Below are positions 37,177-53,150 of a DNA stretch of 64,000 nt, piece by piece. This DNA is from Octopus vulgaris (Eukaryota), in NCBI GenBank assembly GCA_951406725.2, contig OX597817.1, positions 65,844,001-65,908,000 of the forward strand. The letters run 5' to 3'. The notes under the pieces are model-generated. The model saw only the letters and a program-made list of their open reading frames with translations. It ran no database searches and had not been told where the DNA came from. The position numbers and the translations under genes are program-made. Position 1 is the first letter of the stretch, and each line of letters opens with the position of its first letter.

Positions 37177-37731
37177 ACATGTAGATAGAAGTGTATATAT
37201 TTACGTTGGTGTATGCTTAAGTATGAATTAATAAGTATGTATATGTGCATGTGTGTCTGTTTTTAATGCTATTCATGTATGGGAATGTATGCGTATAAAA
37301 CAGTACATAAATATTTAGTTACATATGCGTATACCTATATAAGCATATACGTGTATATTCATGAGGTACTGTTTGTGTATATATGTATGTGTGTGTATGT
37401 GTTTATGTATGTATATATGTATGTATATATATAGAGAGAGAGAAAGAGTGAGAGAGAGAGATACAGATATGTGTATGTATGTATGCATCTACGTATGTGT
37501 ATATGAATGCTTATGCATAAGTGAATATCAGCTTATAAATGCGCATGTACATATACGTTCATCTGTTTATATATTTGTGTGTGGGTGGATATATGACTTC
37601 AGTGGATATATATATGACTTTCATAAGTATATGTATACGTCAGCATACACATACGCATGCTCACACACATACACACACAAAAATGCACACACAGACACAT
37701 ACACACACAGATCTATACATCAAGTTGTCTG

Positions 37732-37772
<41 letters not shown>

Positions 37773-37916
37773 CATATACATAATCGTGTACATATGTATG
37801 TACGTATGTGTGTGTAAGTGTATATATATATATATACATTTACATATGCATAATCGTGTACATATGTATGTACGTATGTGTGTGTGAGTACACACACACA
37901 CACTGCACATATATAT

Positions 37917-37962
<46 letters not shown>

Positions 37963-37969
37963 TATATAC

Positions 37970-38030
<61 letters not shown>

Positions 38031-38907
38031 CATATATATGTGCATATACATATATATTCGTATACATATGCATATATACATTACATTCACATACACACAC
38101 AGACATATATGCATGCATATATACACGCATTAAAAACTACCGCACAGTGTTGAGAAGCATGTGTGTGTGAAAGAGAGAGAGGAGGACAGAGAGTGAAAGA
38201 GACAGCACCTTGTGATTTTAAGGGTCGACCTTTTGATATCTTTTCTATTTTGGTCCCTGTCCAAGTTTCTGTCATTTACTTCAAAGAAGCTGACAAACAA
38301 GCGCAGACCAACTACCGGGGCCCCCAGCCAAATCACCCTCTAACAAACCCTTACTCTCTGAGGAAAGGCGGATGTGGAAAGCAAAAGTGATGGTCATGGC
38401 TGGATCGTTTTGGTTTGCTTGATCCGGGCTTACTTGGATGGGGTAAGCAATGAGAACAGCGATTAAAGCGAAATAAGGATATGTAACGATAAATGCTAAG
38501 TTAAAATAGTAAAGACGAAATTCGCAGAATTAAAAAAAAAAAAAACGGATTGTAGTAAATTTTCAGAATGAATAAACGAATGCAGAATACAGAAATGAAC
38601 GAATAATTTAGTGAACGGATACAGAATAACAATTTGTTATCGATGTCCAGCTGGTATTTCCCTCTACAATATATATTTCATATAAATATTTATGCCGATG
38701 TATGTGTGTGTGTGTGATTATACTTATACGCGCGTGTGTGTGTGTGCTTATACTTTATATATGCCTATATTATATATATATATACATATATGTAGACATA
38801 CATATATATACACATGCATATACATACATACATATTTATATATATATATATATATATATACATATATGTAGACATACATATATATACACATGTATATACA
38901 TACATAC

Positions 38908-39020
<113 letters not shown>

Positions 39021-40198
39021 TATATATATATATGTATATGTGTGTGTATATATATATATATATGTATGCACGCATATCTACATGATGTATGTAAACATGT
39101 ATGCAAAGATATGTATATGTAGGTATTTACAGTTGTGCATTCACGTGTATGCACGCACAAACATATATGCACACACACGGCTATATATATTCATACACAT
39201 GCAAACACTAGCACATACCCAGTTTTTTTCTTTCTTTAAATTTCACTGTTCTACAATTCACACACACGCACACACACATACACAAACACACATACACAAA
39301 CACACATACACAAACACACACACACACACACACTCACGCACGTGTGTATGCTTTGATATATAGTATATAAGCGTGTTCGTCGTGTGTGTGTGTGTGCGCG
39401 CGCGCGCGTTATGCACGCACATTTATATACGTGTGTGTGTATGCGTGCGTGTGTATGTGTGCGTGTGTGTGTGTGTGTGAACTATAGAAATTTTTTAATT
39501 CATTCAAGCGTCATGTTATTTGTTACTGCTACTACAGCTGTAGCTATTGTTATTGTTATAGTTGTTGTTTTAACCCAAAACAGCTATAACTGAGCTACAC
39601 ATACACAAACACACATCAAAAGCACACACACACACTTCACGCACGTGTGTATGCTTTGATATATAGTATATAAGCGTGTTCTAAGTCGTGTGTGTGTGTG
39701 TGCGCGCGCGCGCGCGTTATGCACGCACATTTATATACGTGTATGTGTATTGCGTGTGTATGTGTGCAGTGTGTGTGTGTGTGTGTGATAGAAATTTGGT
39801 TGTTAATTTCCAGCAGATCATGTTAAGTTGTCTATAAATAGTATATTGTTATTGTTATGTGTTGTTTTGATGGTTTTGTCCTCGTGGATATAACGAAGAT
39901 TGTGATGGTATATCACCTAAGATGGTTATGTGATTTTAGGAAGATTTGGTTGTTATTTCCAGCAGATCGGTTGCCCAAGTTGTCTATAAATAGTATATTT
40001 CTTATTGTTTGTGGTTGATGGTTTTGTCCTCGTGGATATAACGAAGATTGTGATGGTATTGAAGATGGTTATGGTTGTAGTGGTGGTGGTAATGGCGCAA
40101 GTGTTCATGTTATTGGCGGTGATGGGTTGATGCTGTTTTATGATTTATTGTTATCGGAACAATTATCGTCATTATAACTGTTCCTCTGTGTGTGCGAA

Positions 40199-40279
<81 letters not shown>

Positions 40280-40377
40280 AAGGAACAATTATAATGACGA
40301 TGGTTGTGACAATAACAATAAATCATAAAACATTATCAAAGCCCCATCTTCGCTATTATCGCCAATACCACCGCCAA

Positions 40378-40420
<43 letters not shown>

Positions 40421-40786
40421 GTATTGCATATTTGTATGTAATTTAGCGTAATATATTAATTGCATACTATACAATATTGAGGTAATGAAAGAAAGAAAGA
40501 AAGAAAGAAAGAAAGAAATTACTTGTTGAGGTTGTGTCCTAAACATGTGTGCCAACCAGTTCTGGAAAGCTTTCTGAAACAATTGGCTGTCATATTTTTT
40601 TGTATTATTCTCCCCGTTTAGATATCTCCTTAGCTATCTTTCACTATGTTTCTGAAATTCTCACTTTCCTGCATGCCTGTCCATCTGCCTTTCTTTCTAT
40701 CAAGGTCCATCTATTTAGCTCTCGCTTTCTCTTTCTCTCTCTCCATATATGTGTGCGTTTGTGTGTATATACATATATATATATAT

Positions 40787-40927
40787 AGGAAGGGCATCCA
40801 GCCGTAGAAACACTGTCAGATCCGACTAGGCCTGATGAAGCCTTCTGGCTTCACAGACCCCAGTTGAACCGTCCAACGCATGCTAGCATGGAAAACGGAC
40901 GCTAAACGATGATGATGATGATGATGA
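40787..40927 (+). mobile_element. 3' tail of a retroposon ending in (GAT)n
   Basis: GGAAGGGCATCCAGCCGTAGAAAC..CCAACGCATGCTAGCATGGAAAACGGACGCTAAACGATGATG, an RTE-partner-type tail from recall. Confidence 0.6.
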
Positions 40928-41404
40928 TATATATATACATATGTATATATAGAGACAGACAGAGAGACAGAGAGAAATACAGGCATGTCAAATGCCATAC
41001 AACATAAATTCTTGATTTATTAGAATTATCTCCAGGTCTAGAACATATATCATAATTACCAAATAGCAACTAAGACTAGCTCCACTTGAGAAGTCAAGAT
41101 AAGATTCAAGGATTCTCCAAAGCTGACATGGCATTCAAGAAAAGGAGATAAGAGGACGGGTGTGGGTACGCATTTCTGCCTCAACAGATATCATCAGTGC
41201 AACATTTGATCAACCTTATATCCAGTAGCCAAAAAAAAGTAAAACACATTTATTTATGGCTTAGGTAATTTGCAAAATGAGCTAAAAGGAATAACTCAGA
41301 GCCACTGGCATATATTTGAATAACAGACAAATGTGGGTATATCAAATACCATACAACATATATTCATGATTTATTATCTTTGCCTCATATATAAATAAAA
41401 GAGT

Positions 41405-41730
41405 AGAGACCTCCTTCAGTCAAGAATGACTATGGGATTGCACCTAGAAAGTTGCCCTCTGAGGCACAAGTCCATGCAAAGTTGTTTATAGAAGCCCAGC
41501 AGTCGCCCATGCATACCAGCCTCCCTTCTCCATGCCGTCAATGTTATCCAAGGGAAAACAAAGGCTGATACAGCTTGGCACCAATGATATTGCATTTCTA
41601 CAGCTGAGTGAACTGGAGCAACATAAAATAAAGTGTCTTGCTCAAGAACTCAGCATACAGCCAAGTCTGGCAATTGAACACACTACCTCAAGATTGTGAG
41701 TCACATGCTCTAACCACTGAGCCATGCACC
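41405..41730 (-). mobile_element. tRNA-derived SINE family C with CORE-like domain (full length)
   Basis: Minus-strand head GGTGCATGGCTCAGTGGTTAGAGC..GTTCAATTGC, then TCTTGAGCAAGACACTTTATTT..GCTCCAGTTCACTCAGCTGTAGAAATG, resembling the CORE consensus. Head fragment also at about 50600-50748. Confidence 0.8.
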
Positions 41731-41734
41731 ATAT

Positions 41735-41773
<39 letters not shown>

Positions 41774-41784
41774 TATAGATAGAC

Positions 41785-41852
<68 letters not shown>

Positions 41853-42445
41853 GCATACACATACACATACACATACATGTGTGTTTATCACCAAGCACTT
41901 ACTACCCTATGTTAGAGCTGATGTAATTTAATGTAATATGCAGGCAAGTATTCATGTGTAAAATCTACTGGCAAGCAATATTAATAGTTAAATATTGATC
42001 TCATATTTTGGCACAAGGCCAGCAATTTTAGGGATGGCCTTAAGTCTATTACATCAACCCCAATGCTCAATTGCAATTTATTTTATTAGTCTTGAAAGCA
42101 TGAAAGGCAAAAGCCTCAGCAGCATTTGAACATAGAATATAAGTTAGAAAAAATTCTGCTAATCATTTTTTCTTAGCATGGTAACAATTCTGCCAGCTCT
42201 CGGTGTTATTAACAGTTAAATATTAAAAAATTTATAAATGCAAATTATCATGCACATGCATGTGTTGTTGTATCTTGGTATGGTCATCTTTGCCAGTAAG
42301 AAACACATGCACTGATTCTACTTCTCTTCTTTTTATTATTATTAGGCAGCTATTTAACCAGTTGCTTGAATTTATCATTGGCCCTACCAAGACACAACTA
42401 TTTCAACACATAGTCTCACAACAGGAATCTTAGAAAACATACATA

Positions 42446-42481
<36 letters not shown>

Positions 42482-42561
42482 TGTATGTATGTATGTATGT
42501 ATGTATGTATGTATGTATGTATGTATGTATGTATGTATGTATGTATGTATGTATGTATGTA

Positions 42562-42650
<89 letters not shown>

Positions 42651-42824
42651 GATAGATTTCTGTCAGTTTCTGTCTACCAAATCCATTCACAATGCTTTGG
42701 TCAACCTGAGGCTATGGTAGAAGACACTTACCTGGAACCATATGGTTGAGAAGCAAGCTTCTTACTAGACAGGCACACCTGCTTTTACATAAATGCATAC
42801 ACATATATTTACCTACAAATAAAC

Positions 42825-42896
<72 letters not shown>

Positions 42897-43133
42897 ATAC
42901 AGACACACATGAACACACACACATGCTATCTATCTATCTATCTATCTATCTATCCGCTCAGTCGAAGTCGACTCTCAGTTACTCGTTGGATTAGTGTCCT
43001 CCAACCACGTCCTCGTGTTGTTGTTTTTTCTTGTTTGTTCTTCTTTGTTTGGATTCACTATATATATATATATATTACACATATATATACATATATAAAT
43101 GAATAAAGAATATTAATACTAATGAGAAATATA

Positions 43134-43298
43134 GGTGCAGGAGTGGCTGTGTGGTAAGTAGCTTGCTTACCAACCACATGGTTCCGGGTTCAGTCCCACT
43201 GCGTGGCATCTTGGGCAAGTGTCTTCTGCTATAGCCCCGGGCCGACCAATGCCTTGTGAGTGGATTTGGTAGACGGAAACTGAAAGAAGCCTGTCGTA

Positions 43299-43339
<41 letters not shown>

Positions 43340-43558
43340 TTGTGTGTCTGTGTTTGTCCCCCTAGCATTGCCTGACAACCGATGCTGGTGTGTTTACGTC
43401 ACCGTAACTTAGCGGCTTGGCAAAAGAGACCGATAGAATAAGTACTAGGCTTACAAAGAATAAGTCCCGGAGTCGATTTGCTCGACTAAAGGCGGTCCTC
43501 CAGCATGGCCACAGTCAAATGACTGAAACAAGTAAAAGAGTAAAAGAGAAAGAGTAAA
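43134..43558 (+). mobile_element. tRNA-derived SINE, family A (full length)
   Basis: TGGCTGTGTGGTAAG (A box) and GGTTCAGTCCC (B box). Partial copies at 42650-42780(-), 45565-45770 and 53385-53505(-). Confidence 0.9.
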
Positions 43559-43764
43559 GCGTATACTAATGTTGGTGGCGTCAAGCTAAAGCCATATAGG
43601 CAAAATAATTGGATATATATAAAAAATGTATAAATAATAAAAGTGCCTTTTTTAAAAGACACCAGCTTTGCCGAACATAGGAGTTAAAACCCTCTTTAAT
43701 TTTCTGTTTTGCACTCTCATACAGCTGGTTAATTCATAAATCACACACACACACACACATACAT

Positions 43765-43950
43765 AGTGCAAGCCAGCAAATTAAAGATTCATCTGTAAAA
43801 AATGTTCCCTGTAGTGTACATCTAGATATTTGTGCAAATGGAAAATCCAAAATGTTTCCTTTTCCAAATTAAAAGACAAGAATAATCAACAGCAAAAAAT
43901 CAACAGAGGAATACTTTATAGAAATTTTAAAATCCAAAACTAAACCAAAA
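43765..43950 (+). pseudogene. PLE GIY-YIG C-terminal remnant
   Basis: Reads SQQIKDSSVKNVPCSVHLDICANGKSKMFPF..EEYFIEIL..LN, homologous to RSQIKIREYREIAFSEHIDICANNKQPSFRIFP at 7927-8121. Confidence 0.7.
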
Positions 43951-44379
43951 ATAGTCAATGCCATTACTAAAAACAACTTCCTCTATGCGCATTAGTCCAG
44001 AACATGTACATTTGTATAGTTCAACAATGAAAGCGCTTACACCCCATACACACAATATGAAAACTTCTTTCCATAAGGTTCCTGTCATTCTATATTACAA
44101 ATAGTTAACAACATTTTTAAAAAATACTTCTTTAAATATTGTGACTTTATGTAACTCTATCGAGATAGTTTGCAGCAAAAACTTAAATATATATATATAT
44201 ACTAAAATTGAATGGAGGTAAGAATGAGTACATTTAGACAGCTCTACTTTGTACTCTAAGATATTCTTATATATATTATATTTATAGTTTTATTTATATA
44301 TATATACATATATATATATATTCTTTTATTCTTGTATTTGTTTCAGTCATTTGACGGCGGCCATACTAGAGCACCACTG

Positions 44380-45415
44380 TAGTGGGTGCTTTTTACGTAC
44401 CACTGGTACAGGGGTCAGAGGAGGCTGACAGTGGCCATGATTGGTTGGTGCGTTTTATGTGCCACCGGCATGGAAGCCAGTCAAGGCAGCACTGGCATCA
44501 GCCACGTACGGGTGGTGCTTTTTACATACCACCAACACGGGTATCACAACTACAATTTCCATTTGATTTTTATTTTAATGTTGATGTACTTGACTCAGTA
44601 GGTTTCCTCAAGCACAGCAGGTCACCCTACGATCCAAGGTAAGCACAGCTGGCCATCCTGCAATCCAAGGTACATTGAATGGGCTGGGGTTGGTTATGTG
44701 AAGCTGGTGTAGGATACAGCTATGAACTCACTTTATTTGTCAGGTCTTCGCAGTCACAGCATAACTCCAGAGGTCTTGGTCTTTTGTCATTGCCTCTGTG
44801 AGGCCCAACGCTCAAAGGTCATGCTTGACCACCTCATTCCATGTCTTCCTGGGTCTAACTCTACCCTGGATTCCTTCAACTGTTTGGGAGTGGTACATCT
44901 TCACACATCTCTCCTCAACCATCTGTAGTACATGACCATACCAGCGCAAACATCTCTCTTGCACGCCACATCCCATGCTTCTTATGTCCAACATTCCTCT
45001 CAGGGTGCTTAGACTCTGTCGTGTACTCACTGACATTACACATCCAGTGGATCATACTAGCTTCATTTCTTTCGAGCCTAGGCATGTCCTGTGCAGTCAC
45101 GGCCCATTTTTCACTGCCGTGAAGCATGGCAATTCACACACATGCATTGTACAATCTACCTTTCACTCTGAATGAGAGACCCTTTGTCACCAGCAGGAAT
45201 AGAAGCTTTCTAAACTTTGCCCAGGCTATTCTTATTCTAGTGGTGACACTTTCTGATCATTCACCCCCACTACTAACTTGGTCACGTAGGTAGCGGAAGC
45301 TATCAACTGCTTCTAGTTTCTCCCTCTGGAGTGTGATGGAATCTGTTTTCTGAGCATCTGCGGTGTCTATTGCCCCTGTGCATCAGACATACACGAAAGC
45401 TATCTTTTCAGTCTT
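44380..45415 (-). mobile_element. RTE-clade LINE 3' fragment
   Basis: LEAVDSFRYL..RIRIAWAKF..KGRLYNAC..MLHGSEKW..RLERNE..LRWYGHV..GRVRPRKTW (frameshifted), followed by a probable 3' UTR. Confidence 0.88.
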
Positions 45416-45443
45416 CCTTTAATGTTACTTTGATATCTATCTG

Positions 45444-45480
<37 letters not shown>

Positions 45481-46206
45481 GGAAACTCAAAGAAGCACAT
45501 TGTATATATATATATATATACACACACATACACACACACACACACATATGTATATATATGTATACACATGTCTTTGTGTCTGTGTTTGTCCCCCACCATA
45601 ACTTGACAACTGGTATTGGTGTGTTTATGTCCCTGTAGCTTAGCAGTTTGACAAAAGAGACCAGCAGAATCAGTACCAAGCTTCAAAATACTGGGATCAA
45701 TTAGTTTGACTAAAATCTTCTTAATGTGGTGCCCCAATATGGCCACAGTCTGAAACAAATAAAAGAAAAAATCTATACATACATACACACACATACACAC
45801 ACACATACATACATACATACATACATACATACATACATACATACATACATACATACATACATACACACATGGTGGCTGCCCCCTCGTTATAGAGTATGGC
45901 CATTGCATGAAGCTTAATCAATGTTGTTATTGTGCAATGCCTGTACAAGAAGATTTTTTTTTAAAGTGAGGTAAGGCTATGCACTGAGTCAATCCCACTC
46001 ACTAAGCAACAGCAGCCATAATCCGAAAAGAAGAACAAGTCAACATCATCGGTAACCACTGAGCCGCAGGTTTTATGTCGGAGTTATCCCAGTTATCTGA
46101 GTTACCTTCTCCTAGAAGGATACCCTAAAAAAGGCTAGGAGTCCTTCACTCCTAATGGTTTAACCGCGTGATTGGGTATTCAGTCATACATACATACATA
46201 CATACA

Positions 46207-46237
<31 letters not shown>

Positions 46238-46942
46238 GTACATACATACATACATACATACATACATGCATACATGCATACTTACAAACATACATACATG
46301 TTAATTCATAAGCCATGGATGATCACAACTTTAAAATTTAAATAGTGACTGGTTTGTTCAAAGGATGATAAAAAGGACAATACCCATTTTTTGCTAACAC
46401 CCTTTCTTTATGACTTTTTTACTGGGTGGGTTACCAGTCGAAATAAGCTCTAAAACTCGAAACAGGAAGTGTGACATATATAAATACACACAGGCATACA
46501 TATATACATACATGTATATACATACACACATACATAAATACATACACACACTGACACATGCATATATTCACACATGCATTCATATACACACTCATATTCA
46601 CATATACATGCATACATACATACATACATACATACATACATACATACATACATACATACAAGCATAACATATTTAAAAGATGATTTACATTTCACCAATA
46701 CTACATTAATATTTATGAATAGCTATTAACATGATTGTCTCCATTATTCCCATCAATCACCACCATCCAAGACATAATGAAGCTTCTAAACATTAGCCTC
46801 ACCTACAATAAGTAGCTTCTAAATCCCCCTCAAACCACACCCTTTCTTTCTTAAAAAAGAAAAGGATATATTCAACAATGTAGTACTAGATATACTGAGC
46901 CCGAAAAAAATATAAGCAGGATTTAGCTGAAATATTTTGACC

Positions 46943-47162
46943 ATATTCTGTTGTGTCTGGGGAGAGTCATTTTCTTTTTGTGCCTTATAATGTAACACAC
47001 TCACTGGTAAAATTTCCACTTATTGTTATTTTCCTAAAATTTTTGTTGCGTCTTGCAATAGTCTTTTCAATAGTCTTGACTCTCTAATGTAACACCCTCT
47101 CTGGGTGCGTTACATTATAAGGCACAAAAAGAAAATGACTCTCCCCAGACACAACAGAATAT
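46943..47162. repeat. Inverted repeat (46943-46999 / 47105-47162), same family as 2779-3025
   Basis: ATATTCTGTTGTGTCTGGGGAGAGTCATTTTCTTTTTGTGCCTTATAATGTAAC matches its reverse complement. Confidence 0.9.
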
Positions 47163-47911
47163 TCTTCAACACACAAACTCATATAAAGAATCTTGCAAAA
47201 GCGAAATTTTGACCATAGTTATGCAAGATAAAGGCTGATCTGGGACTACACAACAACATCAACAATAACACTTAAAACCATCATCAACCACAATACTAAT
47301 ACACTACTACTGACTTAACCAATATCATCACACCATCAATGCCACTAACATCTTACAGAGACCGGAAATGTTCATACTATCAATGAAACTTTCACACCAT
47401 ACCATCCACATGACTACTGGCATACACCATTTACATCATGACAACCAGATCATATACATGAGCAACCATTTGATATCATTTACACTATTAACATGATGAA
47501 CAATATCATGCCATTTATACCACTTTAGTCATACCAGTAATATGACATATAGAATCATATTATTCACACCATTGCAATCATATCAGTAGCACAAACAACA
47601 TCATACCAGTTACTCCTCCTACTGCCATATGATTATAATCAATGGCATTGAACTTGTTCATATTTACATTACAACATCCATACTATTAACATTACCAAAG
47701 ATATATATAAATACAGTAATGCCACCACTGTATCTCTAGCTTTATCAACACCAAATGTCATACCATCAACAAAACTACTATCATACCAAAAATACTGGGT
47801 TGCAAACTATATTTCAGGTTGTAAAGTACACTAAGAATATCTAACAATATTCTTTGAACAGAGTAACACAAGGGTTCCCTTCCCCCCCATTTCTCTCCCA
47901 TCTCTCACTTA

Positions 47912-47947
<36 letters not shown>

Positions 47948-49311
47948 ACACACACACACACACACACGCATCTTTTCATTTATACAACAATGTACAACTA
48001 TATCAATATCATACCACAAACATTTAAGCTGGCAGAATCATTAGCAACCAGAGCAAAATGTTTAGTGGTATTTCACCCATCATTACTTTCTGAGTTCAAA
48101 TCCCTGCTGAGGTTGCCATTGCCTTTCATCCTTTTGGGGTCGATAAATAAGTTCCAGCTGAGCACTGGGATTGATGTAATCAATTTAACCCCTATCCCGA
48201 AATTGCTGGCTTTGTGCCAAAATTTGAAGCCAATATCATACCACTAACATAACCAGTAATATCATACCATCAATTAGACCAATTCCATATCACTAACATA
48301 ATCAGCAATAAAATTATAGCACCAACACCAATATCACACCACTAGCATTGTACCATTAATGGAGACAATATCATAATATTGGACACAGGTAAAGAATGGA
48401 ATGGTCAAAGCTGGAATGCTTTCATTCACAGGTCTGCTCACTCAGTGCTGACCTAGGGTGGAACAGAAGCAAATATACAAATAACAACATAAAATCAGCA
48501 TCATACAAACACTGATATTATACCAGTAATAAAACAAACAACAGATCTTGTTCTACCACCAGTCATGCAACAACAAGCAACCAATGAAATCCACTTACTC
48601 CTTTTAAGCAAAATTGGTGCTGTTTTAGCTGTTATGTGGTTGCTCAATCTGCTCAAATCATTCAAATAAGATGAAGGGATTATGGGATAATTTGATCTTA
48701 GATACACTTCTTAGAAAAAAAAAAATCTTACTGGATTGCCACCATTAGAATGTCTTTCACTAATGGTCTGTTCAATGCCACCACTAACAACAACAACAAT
48801 CACTGAGGCATAATGAAGGAATTATGAGATTGTACGATGTTAGATACACTTCCTAAAAAAATTCTACTGGATAGCCATCTCTAGGATGTCTTTAACTAAT
48901 GGGCTGCCTACTACCACCACCACCAGCAACAACAATAACGACTATCTGCCTCTGTACCAGCAACACCAAAGAGTATCAAATACAACAACACACACAGAAG
49001 ACAAAAAATTCTAATAATAACAAACAACACATCTACAACATTCACAACACATATAGAAAATGAATATAAGTTAAACAGAGCAAAACAACATACAACACCA
49101 AAGACTCTTCACATGCTAACAGTAAAACAGCAACACTAGAATGCAAACAATATATTGAAGTCATTATGACTGTAATACTTGAGCCACCACTTCACTACAA
49201 CAAATCACAAAGAACATCATTCAGCCTACTTCACACCAGAAGAGCTTTCATGTAAACCAGATCATCATCATCATCATCATTATCATCACCACCACCACCA
49301 CTAACAACACC

Positions 49312-49358
<47 letters not shown>

Positions 49359-51327
49359 CATCATCATCATCATTTAATGTTCACTATGTTTGCTTCTGCT
49401 GAACATAGTCATACTGGAATATACTAAAGAGCTGAGGAAATGTAGCATAGTCAAAATGCTGCACTGCATCCTATATGATTAACCTTTACATATTGTTGTT
49501 GCTGTTGTTACTCTTGTTCTTGTTTGACCCTAGGTCAACTCTGATAATGCTGGCCAATGATAAAAGGTATCCTGGTTGTGATCATCATGTTTTTTCAGGT
49601 GTATGGTGATTATATTATCAAATGTGTCCTTTTCTTGTTTGAGAAGGTTGACTTTGAAATTAATTTGGCTGTAATTACAGCTAAATTTTTTTCAAACCCA
49701 ACCTTGCAGTTTAAGCGACTAAGTAGTGTCCCTACTTCAACCCAGGAAATTCAAAAGTACGAAGTGTATTCTTCTACTAGCTGGTGACATGATATATCTG
49801 GAACACCAGATCTGTTGTTCCTACTTCGACATCCAACCTGCATGCCATAGTATTACTGATGTAAGGTAAACAGCTCATCAACACCACTAATACTACAGCT
49901 CATATATAACTAGTAACAGTATGATTGCATAAACAACAGCAATTTCCCACCACTGACATAACCAATAATATCAAAACATCAACAGCACAAATATGACACC
50001 ACTAACATAACAAACGACAATTTCATACCATCAACATAACAAACATAATGCTGCTAACATAACATTGTACCATCAAAACTAATGGTATTTCACTAACATA
50101 ACCAAGGACAACATCATACAATAATCAACATCATACCATCACCATTATAACATAATAAACAACACCATACTGTTGAAAACGCTATTATCATACCACTTAC
50201 ATATAAAAAAAAACATAATTATACCATCAACAATACCAATATCATACCACTAACATAGCCACCAACAACATCTTACCATAAGCATCACAAATATCATATC
50301 ACTATCAAGAGCATTAGGTTAATTCCAATGACATATGCACCAACTTACCATCAACATCATTAGTGTCATACCACTAACATAACAATCAATAGCACTAACA
50401 TAGACAACAACATACCACCAACTTCACAAGCCATAGTTGTCACTCATGAATGATATGACCTGGTAGCATGTACTATGCTTTTGCTCATTGCTTTAGGTGC
50501 CTGTGTTGTGAATGGATATAGACTACTCTAGGTCCTCTCATCCTTGATCCAGTGAAACAGTGATGATATGTCAGCAGGTGGTAAAGAAGACTGCACCAAC
50601 AGCTGACTGGTATATTTTCAGCTGAGTAGACTGGACTAATACGAAATGAGGTGCTTTGATAAAGGACACAATGTGATACCCAACCCAGGAATTGAATTCA
50701 TGATTTTATGATTGTAAGCCCAATAATTTAGCCACTAGGTCATGTGCCTTTAAATGTACTTAATTATTAATGGAATCCCAACACCACCACCAACAACAAC
50801 ATGATAATAGAATAACCAACAACACCAAACAGTCAGTGAAGTCAGTGTAACATAACAATATTATTACCAACAACACTAACATCATACCACTAACATATCC
50901 AGGATCACACCAATGACAATGTCATAACAACATCATAACCAGCAACATTATCATACCATTAGCAACACAAATATATCACTATGATGACCATTGACATACA
51001 TCATCAAAAAATACAGTACCATATCACTAATGTAATTAACAACATTATACCATCAACAATACTAATGTCCTACCATACTCACTTCTAAAAACAACATCCT
51101 ATCATCAACAACACCAGTATCATACTACTAACATAATCAACACTAACAATGTACCATTAATAATATCAATACCATATTACAAACATAACTATCAGCAATA
51201 CCAATATCAAATCACTAGCATAAACAGCATCATACCATGACATTAACATAACCATCAACAACACAAAAAATTGTATCAATAATGGTGTGCCATCAACAAC
51301 AATATTGTGCCACTAATATAGCCAAGA

Positions 51328-51634
51328 GTGGAGGTACACAACCTAGTGGTTAGAGCAGTGGACTCGTGGTTAAGGGATCACAGGTTCGAATCTCAGACCA
51401 GGCGGTGTGTGTATTTATGAGTAAAACATCTAAGCCCCATGCAGCTCCAGCAGAATGTAATGGCGAACTTCTGCTGACTCTTTCATCACAACTTTTTTCA
51501 TTCTTTCCTGCTGCATCTAGCAGCTCACCTGTGACAGACCGGTGTCCTGTCCAGGTGGGGAACCTATACGCCAATGAAACCAGGAAACTGGCCCTTATGA
51601 GCCAAGCATGGCTTGGGAAGGAACAAACAGCAAC
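51328..51634 (+). mobile_element. SINE (family B-like head, third tail type) with 13-bp target-site duplication
   Basis: tRNA-like head with GGTTCGAATCT B box; flanked by AATATAGCCAAGA (51315-51327) and AATATAGCGAAGA (51635-51647). Confidence 0.85.
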
Positions 51635-53150
51635 AATATAGCGAAGAAACAACACTATACAACCAATAGCACCATCATGCAATCATACAGATAACATAGT
51701 CATCAATATCATACCATCAACAATATTTTTATCATAATACATGATCATAATACCATCAACACCTATATCATAGTATTACTGTAACCAAGAACATATCGTA
51801 GCATCAACAATTCTAAATTGTATCACAATTTGGAACAGCTACATATAAATATCAGCTAAACAGTGTTCAAGTCTTACTTTGTCATCTTTGATGAGGAAAA
51901 ACCTATGAGCCACTACAAAACAAAAGAAAAAGAAATAGGTGGTCATAATTGGTATGACTTTGATCTGATTGGTATGAGATTAAACAGTAAGCCAATAACA
52001 TAATACAATAACACAATAGCATCAACCAATTTAACATTATATCAATAATACAATCAAAATCACTTTTGATAAAATTAATACCATACCAAACAAGAGCATC
52101 ACACCAACACTAACATCAGTACCCATAATATAGGCAACAATAACATTGTACTACTAACTGTAACAGTATAATATCACTAACATAACTATCAACAATGACT
52201 ATGTACCATTAACAACATCATATCATCAACAGCACCAACATCTTAGCACAAAGTTAACAGACATCAAGCCATCAACATAACCAACATCATACCATCAACA
52301 ACACCAATAAAATGCCATTAAATTAATCAACATCATATTGTAAAACACATCAATATAAGGTTAATATAACTATGACTATAACGCAATTAATAACACTATT
52401 ATTATACCATTTGTATAATCAATAACATACCGTCAATAACATTAATATTGTACTGCTAACATAATCATTACCATTATACTATCAATAATATAAATGCCAT
52501 GCTATTAACATAAACAATAACATCATGCATTCATATAAAAAAAAAACAACATCATAACACTAATATAAAATATAGCACCACACCATCAATAAGACCGATA
52601 TCATACCACAAACATAATCAATAACATACAATGAACAACACTAATATCAAACAAATAATATGAACATTAATTTTTTGTACTACAGGTGCAAGGCTTGAAA
52701 TTTTGCAGGGAGGTGGCTAGTTGGAACTTATTTTATTGACCCCAAAATGATGAAAGGCAAAGTCAACCTTGGTGGAACTTGAACTAAGAACATAAAGACC
52801 ATTCTGCCAACTTGCCAACTTAATAATAGGAATAATAATATCATACAATTATACATAGCTATAGTCATAAAACTACCATAAACATCAATGAAATATATAA
52901 AAAAAAAAAATACCATAAGAAAATCAGTCAATATCACCACTAACATAACTATCAACAGCAACAATATCATACCACCAACATAATAAACATCATACCATCA
53001 ACACCATCAATAAAATATTACTAAATTAATCAACAATATGCTAGTATCAAAATACTATCATAATCATCAGCAATATTATACCACTAACAATAACAAAAAA
53101 AACATCAATAACACCAATATCACAAGGCTAGCATAGCAAATATCATACTA

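Noticed and set aside
40832-40860. CTGATGAAGCC-TTCT-GGCTTC as a hammerhead
   Set aside because: No GAAA or stems I and III follow; it lies in a retroposon tail.
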